Source: a virus
DNA: 64,000 bases
Direction: 5' to 3' (one strand)
Virus record (IMG/VR): IMGVR_UViG_3300045119_000370
Coordinates: 53,743-117,742 of that record
Below are positions 61,929-64,000 of the stretch, in pieces; the first letter of the stretch is position 1, and each line of letters starts with the position of its first letter. The position numbers and the translations under genes are program-made. A model generated the notes under the pieces. It did no database searches. It was not told the DNA's origin and saw only the letters and a program-made list of their open reading frames with translations.

Positions 61929-64000
61929 GCTTGCAGCGCACCGAGATAGATGGCCGCCCGGTCTGGGTCGGTGAACTGGACAACGGCATGCTCAAGCTGG
62001 TCTACGACGATGGCGAGATCGCCTTCGCCGTTCCCCACGACGACACCCAGAAGTTCAATCCATGGCACGACTTGATGGGCCTGTTCTCCAGCGGCCCGGG
62101 TGCCGGCGCTGGCGCTCCTAGTCACGGCAGCACCGGTAGTGCCACTGCCAGCGAGACGACGATCAATGAACTGATCAATCCGAGCGTTCTCGCGGCGCAG
62201 CGTGAGGCGGTACAGTACTACACCGACGAAGGCTACCTCACGATCAACAACTGGCTCAGGGAGGGTGAAGCGCCGCCTGCGGTTCTGGCCGAGGAGAATC
62301 GGAGCACCATTCGTCACCTCGACAGCCTGCTCGGTTCGGCTTCGCTCGACAAGGACACCACGGTCTATCGCGGCATTTCCAAAGCCGGTGCCAAGCGTTT
62401 CGATGAGGCCCTCGCCAATGGTGATACAACTTTCGTCGACAGGGGATTCCTCTCGACCACACGTGATGAGCATTACGCCGAGGTCTTCGCTGCGAGCATC
62501 AAGCATAGCAACGCCGTCGTCGACATCGTCCTGCCCAAAGGCAGTCATGCACTCGACGTGGCGACATGGTCGAGTTCGCCGGACGAGCAGGAGACACTGG
62601 TCCAGCGGGGCAGCGTCTTCAAGATCGAGAGCAAGACGTTCGACAACGACACCAACGCGCCGATCTATCACGTGCGGCTGGTGCCCGGCCAACAGCAGCT
62701 AGACCTGCCGTTCGGCAAGCGCAAGTACGGCAGCGACAACAAGTACGTTTGGCAGGGCCACGAGTTGGTCTTCCTGACCAACAAGTACAATCACGAACAC
62801 GACCCCCACACGGGTGAGTTTGCCAGTTCCGGTGATGGTGGTGCCGGCGTCAATCAGGTCGGTGGTGCGCCGCTCACCCCGTGGAGCGATCATCCGACCG
62901 ACATCGCCGGCTGGGCCAAGGTCGAGGGGCAGAAGCCCGATCTGGTCGAGCCGCCCTTCCACCTCGATCACGGCGAGCGCACGGCCAGTGGCGTGGTCAT
63001 CCAAGAGCCGGACGGGCGCGTCTGGCTGGTTCACCCGGCCAACCAGTTCGGCGGCTACAACGCCACCTTCCCCAAGGGCGGCGTCGAGCCGGGCCTGAGC
63101 ATGCAGGCGAACGCGATCAAGGAAGCCTACGAGGAGTCCGGCCTCAAGGTGAGGATCACCGGCTACGCCCGCGACGTCGAGCGGACCACGTCGAAGACTC
63201 GCTACTATTTCGCTGAGCGCGTCGGCGGCAACCCGACCGACCATGGCTGGGAGACCGATCACGTCTCGCTGGTCGCACCCGGCAAGTTGTCGAGTGTCGC
63301 CGATCACCCCATCGATCAGCCGCTGATCGAGCAAATCCGCAACCTCAAAAAGTACAATCACGCACACGATCCCAAGAGCGGAGAGTTCGCCAGTGCAGGA
63401 GACACTGGACCGGTAGTGTTCCACGGCACCAGCGAGGCCATGCTCAAATCGATCCAAGAGAAGGGGCTGGTGCCACAGGGTGGGACTGGTGCCGACACTT
63501 GGCTGCATGGTCAGAAGTGGTCGACCGAGATCGCCGGCCGCCCGGCGTCGGTCTATTTCGCGGGTGACCCGCGCACGGCACAGCGCTTCGCCGAGTTGGC
63601 AGCACAGACCACTGGCTCGACCCCGGTCGTTCTGCCGATCCACCTGACCAATGCCGAGGCGGCGCAGATGGTCTGGGACGAGCAGGCGTCACGGCCGGCG
63701 CACATGCGCGTGGCGAGCGCTATCCCAGCCAGCCAGATCGGCACGCCCGCCGTGGGCATGGAAGCCATCGACAAGCTGACCCGGTTCTACGATTCGAACT
63801 GGGAAGACCTCGCGGTCGGTGAGGACCAGACCAATGCCGGCATGCGACCGTCCGAGACGCTGCTACCGGTGACGTCGGGCAACACTGTCGACCGGATCAT
63901 GCGCGGCACCTACAAGGTGATCGGCAAGCGTCTGATTTACGCTGTCATCCTCATCGACCCAGTGGCCAAGTATAATCACGCACACGATCCGCACTCTGGC
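61925..64000 (+). CDS. Effector polyprotein 3, truncated by window (>692 aa): R-S-E ART, Nudix hydrolase, HGT-type ART-fold domain, further module(s)
   Basis: Translated by hand from ATG 61925 (ATGA overlap), no stop to 64000; VYRGI/FLSTT/EQE; KGGVEPGLSMQANAIKEAYEESGL; VFHGTS; four K(Y/F)N motifs. Confidence 0.88.
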   Translation, partial: MSLQRTEIDGRPVWVGELDNGMLKLVYDDGEIAFAVPHDDTQKFNPWHDLMGLFSSGPGAGAGAPSHGSTGSATASETTINELINPSVLAAQREAVQYYTDEGYLTINNWLREGEAPPAVLAEENRSTIRHLDSLLGSASLDKDTTVYRGISKAGAKRFDEALANGDTTFVDRGFLSTTRDEHYAEVFAASIKHSNAVVDIVLPKGSHALDVATWSSSPDEQETLVQRGSVFKIESKTFDNDTNAPIYHVRLVPGQQQLDLPFGKRKYGSDNKYVWQGHELVFLTNKYNHEHDPHTGEFASSGDGGAGVNQVGGAPLTPWSDHPTDIAGWAKVEGQKPDLVEPPFHLDHGERTASGVVIQEPDGRVWLVHPANQFGGYNATFPKGGVEPGLSMQANAIKEAYEESGLKVRITGYARDVERTTSKTRYYFAERVGGNPTDHGWETDHVSLVAPGKLSSVADHPIDQPLIEQIRNLKKYNHAHDPKSGEFASAGDTGPVVFHGTSEAMLKSIQEKGLVPQGGTGADTWLHGQKWSTEIAGRPASVYFAGDPRTAQRFAELAAQTTGSTPVVLPIHLTNAEAAQMVWDEQASRPAHMRVASAIPASQIGTPAVGMEAIDKLTRFYDSNWEDLAVGEDQTNAGMRPSETLLPVTSGNTVDRIMRGTYKVIGKRLIYAVILIDPVAKYNHAHDPHSG

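Larger units (their letters stand above)
51080..64000 (+). repeat. Dispersed peptide repeat K(Y/F)NxxH-x(3-8)-GxF, 12 copies
   Basis: Lys codons at 51080, 51845, 52652, 53177, 54557, 57045, 60354, 61170, 62051, 62783, 63350, 63968; all in frame, each at a domain boundary (last copy cut by window end). Confidence 0.95.

Noticed and set aside
62202-63643. Track ORFs 62202-62702, 62566-62817, 62814-63098, 62881-63216, 62699-63643
   Set aside because: Off-frame shadows of the real ORF starting at 61925, which the track omitted for lack of a stop.
51080-64000. KYN repeats as a CRISPR array or intein/intron boundaries
   Set aside because: Spacing is irregular (about 0.5-3.3 kb), conservation is mainly at protein level, and no Cys/Ser...His-Asn intein ends or cas genes were seen.
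1-64000. tRNA/rRNA genes, transposases, reverse transcriptase/DGR
   Set aside because: No canonical cloverleaf, DDE or RT motifs, or TR/VR pair noticed by eye; a tRNAscan/HMM run would be needed to exclude them.

Overview
A 64 kb GC-rich segment of a large tailed dsDNA phage (Caudoviricetes). The host is probably alphaproteobacterial: promoters match CTTG(T/A)A-N17-(C/T)TATAT and one gene ends in an NrdJ-type tail. Layout: (1) about 1-11.3 kb, short early/host-takeover genes behind repeated promoters and GAAGGG ribosome-binding leaders, including a Ycf46-like AAA ATPase, a small alarmone hydrolase-like HD protein and a MazG-like protein. (2) about 11.3-41 kb, replication/recombination: SNF2 helicase, DnaB-like helicase, dCTP deaminase, primase, beta-clamp-like protein, UDG-fused family A polymerase, clamp loader, UvsY-like, gp32-like SSB, RecA, resolvase, SbcCD-like nuclease and a DNA methyltransferase. 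(3) about 43.7-49.4 kb, terminase and lysis genes. (4) 49.4-64 kb, the standout feature. The portal gene is fused in frame to a chain of enzyme domains and is followed by two more giant ORFs; the last runs off the window and is missing from the ORF track. All three are divided into modules by 12 copies of the peptide K-(Y/F)-N-x-x-H-x(3-8)-G-x-F. The modules are Fic-like, ParB-like, thioredoxin-reductase-like, zeta-toxin-like kinase, several ADP-ribosyltransferases, a zincin peptidase and a Nudix hydrolase, and three carry a beta-clamp-type QLxLPF motif. I interpret this as a virion-packaged, proteolytically processed, cassette-like effector polyprotein system. All family calls are from motif recognition by eye; no database searches were run. 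No tRNA, rRNA, CRISPR array, integrase or transposase was recognised.
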